Positions 22,763 through 31,866 of a stretch of DNA of 64,000 nucleotides are shown piece after piece. The notes beneath the pieces are model-generated. The model did not search any database. It saw only the letters and a list, made by a program, of their open reading frames with translations, and was not told the origin of the DNA. The stretch covers positions 608,001 to 672,000 of the forward strand of contig CAWCKY010000006.1 in assembly GCA_963796275.1 (NCBI GenBank), read 5' to 3'. The first letter of the stretch is position 1; every line of letters starts with the position of its first letter. The DNA comes from an uncultured Acidobacteriota bacterium. Its GTDB lineage: Bacteria; Acidobacteriota; Blastocatellia; RBC074. The position numbers were made by a program, and so were the translations under genes.

Positions 22763-23254
22763 ATGCGACGGGTGCTCGCCGATTATCAGGTTGGCTCAGT
22801 TCCGCGCCGGCGAATCGTATCCATAAGCATCAGCGGTGAATTACGTCTCCCCCAGACTATGGACAAAGTCACATTGACGATCGTGTTGACTGCTGGACTG
22901 GTACTTGTCCTCAGTGTCCTAGGGTACACGTGGAAGTATCATTTCGTGCTTTTCAAATACCTGCTCGTCGGCGTCATTTTTTGCGCAGCTTTAACGGCCA
23001 TTCTTATCTACCGTCTGCAGCCGGTCGAGCCGAAGCGCGATCCGGCCAGGGGAAAGCACGCCTATATGAAATTGACGGGTGAATATCTGGGAGTGGTCGA
23101 AGGCTCGGGCAGAGATAGGCAGCGTGGTGAGGTCTGGTTCGTGCGGCCGCCCGGAGGCTATCCGCTGATGTACGGGAAATCGCGCGTGACGCTGAGGGAT
23201 GTGAGAGATAGCGAGAAGGAAGAGGAAGCCGAGTCAAGCCCGAGCCCTAAATAA
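22763..23254 (+). CDS. hypothetical membrane protein
   Basis: two hydrophobic helices; start may be the downstream ATG (MDKVTL). Confidence 0.55.
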   Translation: MRRVLADYQVGSVPRRRIVSISISGELRLPQTMDKVTLTIVLTAGLVLVLSVLGYTWKYHFVLFKYLLVGVIFCAALTAILIYRLQPVEPKRDPARGKHAYMKLTGEYLGVVEGSGRDRQRGEVWFVRPPGGYPLMYGKSRVTLRDVRDSEKEEEAESSPSPK

Positions 23255-23423
23255 TCTTTGCCATTTTCACCCCCGGATGGACCTCAGCCGGTGATAGATC
23301 CGGCCTTCTAATCTTCTCGGGATATATCGCGTGACAGCGAACGCGGTCAGCCGAATTAGTTTCGCAAAATGACCGCACGGCAGAGGTTTACTAAGACCGC
23401 CTGATCATTTACGATTAATATTT

Positions 23424-24209
23424 ATGCCGCTTCATGAAACCGAGGCCTTCGTGCTTCGTACGTTTACGCTCAAAGAAGCAGACAAGGTCTGCGTGTTCTT
23501 CACACGTGAAGCGGGGAAGTTGCGCGGTGTGGCTCATGGGGCGCGTCGTTTACGTAGCCGATATGGGGCCAGCCTCGAACCGTTCACGGAAGTTGCCCTC
23601 GTCTATTATCAGAAAGAGAACAAGGAGCTCGTATCGGTCTCGAGTTGCGAGATCATCCGCTCGCAGTTCCATGAAGGTATAAGCAGCGAGTTGCTGGGCG
23701 TCATGCATTACTTCGCTGAACTGGTGATGGAGTTCGTCCCCGATCACGAACCGAACGAACGAGTTTACAAATTGATTGCGGCGATACTCAAGGCTTCACG
23801 CAGCGCGGCGAAACCGCAGCTGCCGCCGCTGGTTCGATATTTTGAAATCTGGATGCTCAAGCTGGCGGGGGTTTTCCCCGATTGGAAACGCTGCTCTGCC
23901 TGCGAGCGGGAGTTCAGTCGAGAGCCATCAGTCTGGCTGACGAACGAAGGCGCCCCGCAGTGCGCCGGGTGCAGCGAAGGTTTCGGGGATGAGGTTCGCT
24001 GGATCGAATGGAGAACTATCTACGACATACTGAGATATTCGCCGGCGGATTTTTTATCGTCACCTCGTGATGGGCGCGTGGTCGGGAACATCGGCGGACT
24101 TGCTACGCGGCTGATCACCCGCGCTCTTGAACGGGAATTGAAATCATACGATGTATTAGACCGGTTGAAGCCGGCCTTGATTTCACCGGATTCAGCAAAA
24201 TCAGAATGA
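23424..24209 (+). CDS. recO: DNA repair protein RecO
   Basis: TEAFVLR...EADK...FTREAGKL, LEPF, Zn-finger CSAC...CAGC. Confidence 0.93.
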   Translation: MPLHETEAFVLRTFTLKEADKVCVFFTREAGKLRGVAHGARRLRSRYGASLEPFTEVALVYYQKENKELVSVSSCEIIRSQFHEGISSELLGVMHYFAELVMEFVPDHEPNERVYKLIAAILKASRSAAKPQLPPLVRYFEIWMLKLAGVFPDWKRCSACEREFSREPSVWLTNEGAPQCAGCSEGFGDEVRWIEWRTIYDILRYSPADFLSSPRDGRVVGNIGGLATRLITRALERELKSYDVLDRLKPALISPDSAKSE

Positions 24210-24291
24210 GGTTGCTGAATCCGGTGAAATCAAACGAAAACAAATGTGCATAAAATTGGGATAAATTCGAGTAAGGAGCAATGTATAGCAA

Positions 24292-27072
24292 ATGAATAAT
24301 AAGTTCGTTTATCTTTTCGCCGATAGCAAAGCCGAGGGTACGGGAAAGATGAAAGACCTCCTCGGCGGCAAAGGGGCTGGGCTGGCCGAAATGACCAATG
24401 CGGGTTTGCCCGTTCCGCCGGGCTTCACCATCACGACCGAAGCCTGCACCGCATACTACGCAACGGGAGAGACATTTCCTGACGGTTTGTGGGAGGAGGC
24501 GCTGGCAGCGCTGCAGCGGATCGAGGAATCGACCGGCAAGAAATTCGGGGGCACGGAAAATCCGCTGCTCGTCTCCGTCCGTTCCGGCGCGAAATTCTCC
24601 ATGCCGGGAATGATGGATACCGTCCTCAACCTCGGGCTCAACGAAGAGACGCGGGCCGCCCTGGCGCGACTCACCGGAAACGAACGTTTCTCTTATGACG
24701 CTTATCGGCGATTCATTCAATTATTCAGTAAGATCGTTATGGGCGTCGATGCCGAGAAATTCGAGCATAAGTTCGATGAATACAAACAGAAACTCGGGGT
24801 AACCGAGGACACGCAGGTCGGCGCCGAAACCCTCGTGCAATTGATCGAAGATTATCAAGCGATCGTCAAAAAAGAGACGGGTAAGGCATTCCCGACTGAT
24901 CCGCGGACGCAGCTCGAACTGGCCGTCAAAGCCGTTTTCGCTTCGTGGAACGGCAAGCGCGCGAAAGACTATCGCAGAGTACACAAGATCGACGATAACC
25001 TCGGCACCGCCGTCAACGTCATGACCATGGTCTTCGGAAATATGGGTGAAGACTCGGGAACGGGCGTCGCCTTCACCCGGGACGTTGCGACAGGCGAAAG
25101 AGTGATCTATGGGGAATATCTCGAGAACGCACAGGGAGAGGATGTGGTTGCGGGCATTCGGACGCCGAAAAAGATCGCGCAGCTCCAGAAAGAGATGCCG
25201 GTAATTTACGAGCAGTTCAGCCAGGTCGCCGACCGTCTGGAGAAACACTACAATGACGTCCAGGACCTGGAGTTCACAATCGAGCGGGGCAAGCTTTGGA
25301 TGCTGCAGACGCGCAACGCCAAGCGAACCGGATCAGCCGCAGTCCGCATCGCTGTCGAAATGGTCGAAGAAGGCCTGATCGACAAAGCGACCGCGGTGCA
25401 GCGCGTCGAGCCCGCGCAGCTCGATCAATTGCTGCATCCGATGATCGATCCCAAATTACCGGTCGAGGTTCTTGCAGTAGGGCTGCCGGCATCGCCCGGC
25501 GCGGCATCGGGGAAGGTCGTTTTCGATCCCGACAGCGCGGAAGAGATGGGGAAGAACGGTGAGAAGGTAATCCTCGTACGAACTGAGACTTCGCCCGAAG
25601 ATTTCCACGGCATGGTAGCGGCGCAGGCGATCCTGACTTCGCGTGGAGGGATGACGTCCCATGCGGCCGTGGTAGCTCGCGGTATGGGCAAATGCTGCGT
25701 CGCCGGATGCGGCGATGTAGTGGTCGATTACGGGAACCAGCAGTTTACCGCCGGAGGGCTTACCGTCAAGAAGGGAGATTGGATCACGCTCGATGGCTCT
25801 ACCGGTCGAGTCATCATCGGCCAGGTGCCGCTGATCGAGCCTGAAATCAGCGTGCCGTTCAAGAAATTGATGGAATGGGTCAACGAATTCCGCAAGCTCG
25901 GGGTGCGGGCTAACGCCGACACGCCGAACGATGCGACGGTCGCGCGCGGGTTCGGGGCAGAAGGTATCGGGCTTTGCCGAACCGAGCATATGTTCTTCGA
26001 AGGAGACCGGATCGACAGCGTACGCCAGATGATCCTTTCGTCGGGCGACTACAAAGCGCTCGAGGGCCAGCTCAATAATGCGCGCGCCGATTTGGAGAAA
26101 GCTTCGAAGGATAAGAAACCGGCGGCCAAGAAGCGCCTCAAGGATATTGAAAAGAAGATCACGCGTCCGAGCGAACTCTATCTCGGTGCGCTGGCCTCGC
26201 TGCTCGAGCTTCAACGCGAGGATTTCGCCGGCATCTTCCGCGCGATGAACGGCTATCCGGTGACGATCCGCACGCTCGATCCGCCGCTGCACGAGTTTGT
26301 CCCGCACGATGACAAAACGCTCAAGGATTTGGCGCAGAAGATCAAGATGCCGTTCAAAGATGCCAAGGCCCGCGTTGCGCAGCTGCACGAGTTCAACCCG
26401 ATGCTCGGCCACCGCGGTTGCCGTCTCGGTATCGTCTATCCGGAGATAACCGAGATGCAGGCGCGCGCGATTTTTGAAGCGGCGGTGCTGGTCAAACGCG
26501 AAGGCGTAGTCGTCAAACCGGAGATCATGATCCCACTCGTCGCCAATGTGAATGAACTGAAACTGCAGGCCGACGTCGTCCGCCGCGTGGCCGAAGAGGT
26601 CTTCGAGCGCGAGAATGAGCGGGTGGAATACCTGGTCGGGACGATGATCGAGTTGCCGCGCGCGGCGTTGACCGCCAATCGGATCGCCGAAGTGGCGGAG
26701 TTCTTCAGCTTCGGAACGAACGATCTTACTCAAACGGCCATGGGGTTGAGCCGTGACGATGCGGGGCGCTTCCTGCCGTTTTATGTCGAGAAGAAGATAT
26801 TTCCCGACGACCCATTCCAGACCCTCGATCAGGAGGGCGTCGGCCAATTGCTCGATATGGGAGTCAAGCGCGGGCGTGGGACGCGGCCCGATCTGAAGAT
26901 CGGTATCTGCGGTGAGCACGGAGGAGACCCGGAATCCGTGATCTTCTGTCACAAGACGGGGTTGAACTACGTGAGCTGCTCGCCCTACCGCGTGCCGATC
27001 GCGCTGCTCGCTGCGGCACATGCGGCGCTGGCCGATCAGACCGGTGCCGTCACTGTCGCGACGACGGCGTAA
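24292..27072 (+). CDS. ppdK: pyruvate, phosphate dikinase
   Basis: LLGGKGAGLAEM, SVRSGA, GGMTSHAAVVARG (phospho-His), GLCRTEHMF, FSFGTNDL. Confidence 0.98.
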   Translation: MNNKFVYLFADSKAEGTGKMKDLLGGKGAGLAEMTNAGLPVPPGFTITTEACTAYYATGETFPDGLWEEALAALQRIEESTGKKFGGTENPLLVSVRSGAKFSMPGMMDTVLNLGLNEETRAALARLTGNERFSYDAYRRFIQLFSKIVMGVDAEKFEHKFDEYKQKLGVTEDTQVGAETLVQLIEDYQAIVKKETGKAFPTDPRTQLELAVKAVFASWNGKRAKDYRRVHKIDDNLGTAVNVMTMVFGNMGEDSGTGVAFTRDVATGERVIYGEYLENAQGEDVVAGIRTPKKIAQLQKEMPVIYEQFSQVADRLEKHYNDVQDLEFTIERGKLWMLQTRNAKRTGSAAVRIAVEMVEEGLIDKATAVQRVEPAQLDQLLHPMIDPKLPVEVLAVGLPASPGAASGKVVFDPDSAEEMGKNGEKVILVRTETSPEDFHGMVAAQAILTSRGGMTSHAAVVARGMGKCCVAGCGDVVVDYGNQQFTAGGLTVKKGDWITLDGSTGRVIIGQVPLIEPEISVPFKKLMEWVNEFRKLGVRANADTPNDATVARGFGAEGIGLCRTEHMFFEGDRIDSVRQMILSSGDYKALEGQLNNARADLEKASKDKKPAAKKRLKDIEKKITRPSELYLGALASLLELQREDFAGIFRAMNGYPVTIRTLDPPLHEFVPHDDKTLKDLAQKIKMPFKDAKARVAQLHEFNPMLGHRGCRLGIVYPEITEMQARAIFEAAVLVKREGVVVKPEIMIPLVANVNELKLQADVVRRVAEEVFERENERVEYLVGTMIELPRAALTANRIAEVAEFFSFGTNDLTQTAMGLSRDDAGRFLPFYVEKKIFPDDPFQTLDQEGVGQLLDMGVKRGRGTRPDLKIGICGEHGGDPESVIFCHKTGLNYVSCSPYRVPIALLAAAHAALADQTGAVTVATTA

Positions 27073-27211
27073 TGCCATTGCGGATTACCAGATGTTCTTG
27101 AGATCATGTCCCGGGATAGATAATTGTAACCTTGAAGAGGCGAGAGATATAGCATTGTCATAATCCATATCTTCGCCTGGAAGACCCATACTCTCCGTCG
27201 CATAACGACGG

Positions 27212-27344
27212 CGTCCTGAAGGCGGAACTCCGAAAATGTTCCGCGTTTGGGTTCGGGATTAGGGCCTCGTGTTTGGAGTTCCGCGTTTATGCGGTCTTCA
27301 TCTTTTCGATGATATTCTGACCGCCTGAAGACGGAACTCCGAAC
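27212..27344. repeat. REP-like cluster (CCGCCTGAAGGCGGAACTCCGAAC), three copies in alternating orientation
   Basis: copies at about 27212-27234 (+), 27271-27296 (-), 27319-27344 (+). Confidence 0.75.
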
Positions 27345-27389
27345 CTTAGGCCTCGCTTCCTTTTCAGAAGCGTTGAGTTGAAAGTTAAA

Positions 27390-28100
27390 ATGGCGATCGC
27401 CAAGAGAACAATAGAAAATACAAGGCCTGAGGATCAACTGGTAATTCGCCAGCCGCGATCTGCGATCAAAATTCTGGCGATTGCCGGAACGTCTTCTAAT
27501 GTCGGAAAAACGTCATTGATTCATCGGTTGTTGCAGGAACTGTCGCGCGCTGAACGATGGGAGGCTATCAAACTCACGCGCGGCCATTATCGTTCTTGCG
27601 GCAAGGACCCGCACGCATGTTGCGTAAGCCATCTGTTGAGTGAGGAGCCCGTCGTTCGTTCGGGGCGCGAGGCGACCTATGCATTGGGGAAGGACACGGG
27701 AATATTTTGGGATGCGGGGGCGGACAATGTTCATTGGGTAATCGTGACGAACGATCAAGTGGGTCAGGGAGTAGAACAGGCGCTCGACCGAGTCAGGTCC
27801 GACAACGTTTTGATTGAAGGGACCAGCTTCCTGAAATACATCAAAGCCGATCTCGCCATACTCGTCGCGCGCGCCGATCAGCTGCAGCTGAAACCATCGG
27901 CCAGACAGGCATTATTGAATGGCTTGATAGATGCGATCTATTTATCGGGAGATGGTGATAGCCAGATATTGAGGGAACAGTTCAGCTCGTCGATAAATGT
28001 GGGTAGCAAATCGGCCGCGATTGCCAGTTCGCTCGCAAATCTTCCGATCTATACGGAACAGGAGTTTCCGCGATTGGTCGAGCTAATTGGTAGGATATAG
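27390..28100 (+). CDS. P-loop protein, MobB-like, with a Cys/His cluster
   Basis: AIAGTSSNVGKT Walker A; HYRSCGKDPHACCVSH; VLIEG. Confidence 0.6.
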   Translation: MAIAKRTIENTRPEDQLVIRQPRSAIKILAIAGTSSNVGKTSLIHRLLQELSRAERWEAIKLTRGHYRSCGKDPHACCVSHLLSEEPVVRSGREATYALGKDTGIFWDAGADNVHWVIVTNDQVGQGVEQALDRVRSDNVLIEGTSFLKYIKADLAILVARADQLQLKPSARQALLNGLIDAIYLSGDGDSQILREQFSSSINVGSKSAAIASSLANLPIYTEQEFPRLVELIGRI

Positions 28101-28478
28101 TTTCAGATACTTCATGATCATCTCCTTCAAGTGATCGAATTCTATCGGCTTGCTGATGTAATCGGTGCTGCCGGAAGCCTGGGCTTCATCACGAGTCTCC
28201 GGATTGTCGTAGGCTGAGACGATAATGATCGGCAGTTGTCCCAGACCCGCGTCGGCGCGGAGACTGCGAGTCGCCTGTAAGCCGTCGATGATCGGTAACG
28301 AAATGTCCATGAGTACAAGGTCCGGCTTCTCTCTCCGCACAATTTCAATCGCCTGCTCTCCGTCACAAGCTTCCAGAGGATCAAAACCTGCAAGTTTTAA
28401 CATGAGTTTCAGTGCGATGCGGTTCTCATCGAGGTCTTCAGCGATCAAAATTCGAGGTAGTTTTGCCGACATGGTCAT
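28083..28478 (-). CDS. single-domain response regulator (DivK/CheY-like)
   Basis: ILIAED, PDLVLMDISLP, IVSA, SKP. Confidence 0.92.
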   Translation of the reverse strand: MTMSAKLPRILIAEDLDENRIALKLMLKLAGFDPLEACDGEQAIEIVRREKPDLVLMDISLPIIDGLQATRSLRADAGLGQLPIIIVSAYDNPETRDEAQASGSTDYISKPIEFDHLKEMIMKYLKLYPTN

Positions 28479-28757
28479 TCCCTATGAAGAGGAAAGCATT
28501 CTAACAGCCGGTTGGACTGAGGGACAAGCATCGGTTAGATAGTTTTCTGTTTCCCGCGATTATTGATGTAGGACCGGGTAGACAGGCTCCTCAAGAATTT
28601 TGGAGAACCATATTGGAATATTGTTAATTGAGATTGATAATGCTTTTTGTTAGCATACGTGCAGTCTTGGACTAGATGGAAACAACCAATCTCCGGCTGT
28701 TCGCTGAGGCAGGAACACAGGCAACAAGACGGCTTGAGGCAAGACGGCTTGAGGACT

Positions 28758-29789
28758 GTGAGTGAAGGCGATCCGATCATCTCCCTCCCCAACACCCCGC
28801 GCGTATACCAAGCGATGAAGATTGAGAGGGTTACGATGTTGATACTATGCCGAACCGATGGCAGGATTATTGCCATCAACCAGACCATTATATCTTTCGC
28901 GGAATTCCATGAGTCCAATGGGGTCGCGACGATAGCCGATCTGGCGCTCGGATTTGCGTGCGGCGATTTACCGATCAGGTTCGCAACCTTCATAGAATCG
29001 GGGAAAACCACGGACAGCTTCCCGCTCAGGTGCAGAGGCAGTATTTTTCTGGCGACTATGCAGATTCTCAATGAGGTGAGCCAAGACCGTCTGATACTTC
29101 TCGAGTTGAAGCAGCGAGAGGTCGACAGTGAACAGGCGCGCCTGTTCGAAGCCGGCCGCTTGACATCCCGCCTGATCCACGATCTGAAGAATCAGATGGG
29201 AGGATTGAAACTTTATGCGGCTTATCTGAAGAAGCGTTTCGCCGATCAGCCGGAAGGCTTGGAGATAGCCGATAAGATCGTTGAAGGATTGAATACGATG
29301 GCCGAGCAGGCGTCGCTCGTGAGCAGGTTGACGCGCCCGCTCGAGATAAAACGGGAACCCGGCGATCCGTCAATGGTTCTCGATAATGTCATCAACGATC
29401 AAAAGTTGCGTGCCGAAGCGCGCAACGTAAGGATCGAGACTAAAATCGAAACTGACCTGCCGCCCGCTTCGCTCGATGCGCAGCAGCTACGTGCCGCCTT
29501 CGGATCGATCATCACACGCGCGATTGAATCGTCGCCTGAGGGCGGTCTTGTTAGTATTGAGATGCAAGCGAAACCCGGCGAAATGCAGATCGAGGTCAGC
29601 GATCAGGGTGAGATGCTCAGCGGAGAACAGAGGGGGGCTCTATTCGATCTTCTCGCGGCCGATCGTATCAGCAAAAGCTCGCTCGACCTGGCGCTGGCGC
29701 GAAGGGTCATCGAATATCATGGCGGAGAGATTATGGCGCTTGCCGCGTCTACAGATGGTACGGTTGTGCGGGTGATATTACCCATTTGA
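28758..29789 (+). CDS. histidine-kinase-like protein with a degenerate ATP-binding domain
   Basis: H-box LIHDLKNQM; N/G boxes degenerate (IITRAIE, SDQGEML, SSLDLALAR); start uncertain. Confidence 0.75.
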   Translation: MSEGDPIISLPNTPRVYQAMKIERVTMLILCRTDGRIIAINQTIISFAEFHESNGVATIADLALGFACGDLPIRFATFIESGKTTDSFPLRCRGSIFLATMQILNEVSQDRLILLELKQREVDSEQARLFEAGRLTSRLIHDLKNQMGGLKLYAAYLKKRFADQPEGLEIADKIVEGLNTMAEQASLVSRLTRPLEIKREPGDPSMVLDNVINDQKLRAEARNVRIETKIETDLPPASLDAQQLRAAFGSIITRAIESSPEGGLVSIEMQAKPGEMQIEVSDQGEMLSGEQRGALFDLLAADRISKSSLDLALARRVIEYHGGEIMALAASTDGTVVRVILPI

Positions 29790-29901
29790 TTGCGGATTCG
29801 CGACGGGAATTGGGACGGGCGACGGGGGACTGGCCGATGAATAATTCCCGAACGCCCGATTTCACGTCGCCGTTGCGACTCCACAATCCGGAGATGTACT
29901 T

Positions 29902-31305
29902 TTGAAGAGAGATGTAAAAATCCTGGTGGTTGATGATGAGCCTTCGATCACAGATGGCTTGCGGTACCTGCTTGGGGCGGAGGGATTTCATGTCGATACG
30001 GCATCCAACCTGAGCGCAGGTAGAGTGGCGGTCCAGGATCAGCCATATGACCTTGTGCTGACGGACCTTCAGTTACCCGACGATCATCACGGCGGGTTCT
30101 CTCTCCTGCGCGCGGTCAAGGCGTTCTCGCCGGAGACTGAAGTGATAGTGATCACCGGCCACGGTTCCGTCTCAGAAGCTGTCGAAGCGACAAAATCCGG
30201 GGCGTTCTTCTTCGTTGAAAAACCGTTTGAGCCGGAGCAGATATTATTGCTGGTTGAGAAGGCCCTCGAACGGCGGAAGCTGGTTAGCGAATCGCAGAAC
30301 CTGCGCAAACATTTCCAGCGTCGTGAATTCTCATACATTATCGGTGCTTCGAAATCGATGCAGATGATCTATGAGACGATCGAGAGCGTAGCCAAGAGCG
30401 ACGCCAACGTGCTGATCATCGGCGAATCGGGGACAGGTAAGGAGTTGATCGCGAACGCAATCCACTTCAATTCGCTGCGGGCTGATCGGGAATTCGTCAA
30501 GGTAAATTGTTCGGCTCTCCCGAAAGAGCTGATCGAGGCTGAACTGTTCGGCTATGTTAAGGGCGCGTTCACCGGAGCGATACAGAACCGTAACGGCCTC
30601 ATCGCGCAGGCGAAGGGCGGAAGCCTGTTGCTGGACGAGATCGGTGAAATGCCGATTGAGTTGCAGCCCAAGCTGCTGCGCGTGCTGGAAGAGCGGCGCT
30701 TCCGTCCGGTCGGCTCGACCGAGACCTTCGAGGCGGATTTCCGCCTGATCTGCGCCACCAACCGGGAACCGCGCGAAGCTATCAAGGAAGGATTGATGCG
30801 CGAGGACCTCTTCTATCGCGTCTCGACCATTACGATCAACGTACCGCCGCTGCGCGAACGGAGCGAGGACTTGCAGTTGTTGACCGATCATTTCTTCAAT
30901 ATGTTCACGGAGAAATATAACCGCCCGCTTCAGGGATTTTCGCAGTCAGCCTATCAGCGAGTCTTCACTCATCGCTGGCCCGGCAATGTCCGCGAATTGC
31001 AGAATGCGATCGAGCGCGCGGTGCTTCTGGCCAAGGGACCGCGCATCGAGCCTGAAGATTTGCCGTTCGGTGAACAGGCCGGAGAAGCCAGCAGCGATGC
31101 GTTCTATGTCCCACCCAATATGACGCTGGAAGAGATCGAACGCCTGGTGATCGCGCAAACATTGCAGCGCACGAGGGGGAATAAACAGGCGGCCGCGCAA
31201 ATCCTCGGAATCTACCGCCCGCGACTCTATAGTAAAATTCGTAAGTACAAAATCCAGGTGTCGCGCGAACCTCGCAAGCGAGCGAAGACAGCCTCCGAGC
31301 CGTGA
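29902..31305 (+). CDS. sigma54-dependent response regulator (NtrC family)
   Basis: receiver domain, GESGTGKE, GAFTGA, LDEIGE, WPGNVRELQN, C-terminal HTH. Confidence 0.95.
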   Translation: MKRDVKILVVDDEPSITDGLRYLLGAEGFHVDTASNLSAGRVAVQDQPYDLVLTDLQLPDDHHGGFSLLRAVKAFSPETEVIVITGHGSVSEAVEATKSGAFFFVEKPFEPEQILLLVEKALERRKLVSESQNLRKHFQRREFSYIIGASKSMQMIYETIESVAKSDANVLIIGESGTGKELIANAIHFNSLRADREFVKVNCSALPKELIEAELFGYVKGAFTGAIQNRNGLIAQAKGGSLLLDEIGEMPIELQPKLLRVLEERRFRPVGSTETFEADFRLICATNREPREAIKEGLMREDLFYRVSTITINVPPLRERSEDLQLLTDHFFNMFTEKYNRPLQGFSQSAYQRVFTHRWPGNVRELQNAIERAVLLAKGPRIEPEDLPFGEQAGEASSDAFYVPPNMTLEEIERLVIAQTLQRTRGNKQAAAQILGIYRPRLYSKIRKYKIQVSREPRKRAKTASEP

Positions 31306-31866
31306 TCAATTTTCAGTCGTGGCTGCTCAGCCTCTTCGCCGCGTTAGCGGCGGTTGATTGTAGCCGTGGGTTTTAACCCACGGAGTACTGGTGATCGCGC
31401 AAACATTGCAGCGCACGAGAGGTAATAAACAGGCGGCCGCGCAAATCCTCGGAATCTACCGCCTGTGACTCTATAGTAAAATTCGAAAGTACAAAATCCA
31501 GGTGTCGCGCGAACCTCGCAAGCGAGCGAAGACAGCCTCCGAGCCGTGACCAATTTTCAGTCGTGGCTGCTCAGCTTCTTCGCCGCGAACGCGGCGGTTG
31601 ATTATAGCCGTGGGTTTTAACCCACGGAGTACTGGTGATCGCGCAAACATTGCAGCGCACGAGAGGTAATAAACAGGCGGCCGCGCAAATCCTCGGAATC
31701 TACCGCCTGTGACTCTATAGTAAAATTCGAAAGTACAAAATCCAGGTGTCGCGCGAACCTCGCAAGCGAGCGAAGACAGCCTCCGAGCCGTGACCAATTT
31801 TCAGTCGTGGCTGCTCAGCCTCTTCGCCGCGTTAGCGGCGGTTGATTGTAGCCGTGGGTTTTAACC
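31144..31866. repeat. three tandem, diverged 244-bp copies (3' end of the regulator gene plus a REP arm)
   Basis: units start at 31144, 31388 and 31632 with ctggtgatcgcgcaaacattgcagcgc. Confidence 0.92.

Noticed and set aside
25456-27078. 540-aa ORF antisense to ppdK
   Set aside because: Shadow ORF caused by codon bias of a highly conserved gene; no recognisable motifs.
28725-28754. 15-bp tandem duplications (also 17898-17933)
   Set aside because: Isolated slippage-type duplications in low-constraint regions with no shared sequence.
30965-31797. three similar minus-strand ORFs (M.TARRLSSLACEV...)
   Set aside because: By-products of the 244-bp triplication, antisense to the regulator's 3' end.
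31144-31866. REP-separated units as a CRISPR-like array or DGR template/variable repeats
   Set aside because: Intervening sequences are near-identical, differences are not adenine-specific, and there is no reverse transcriptase in the window.
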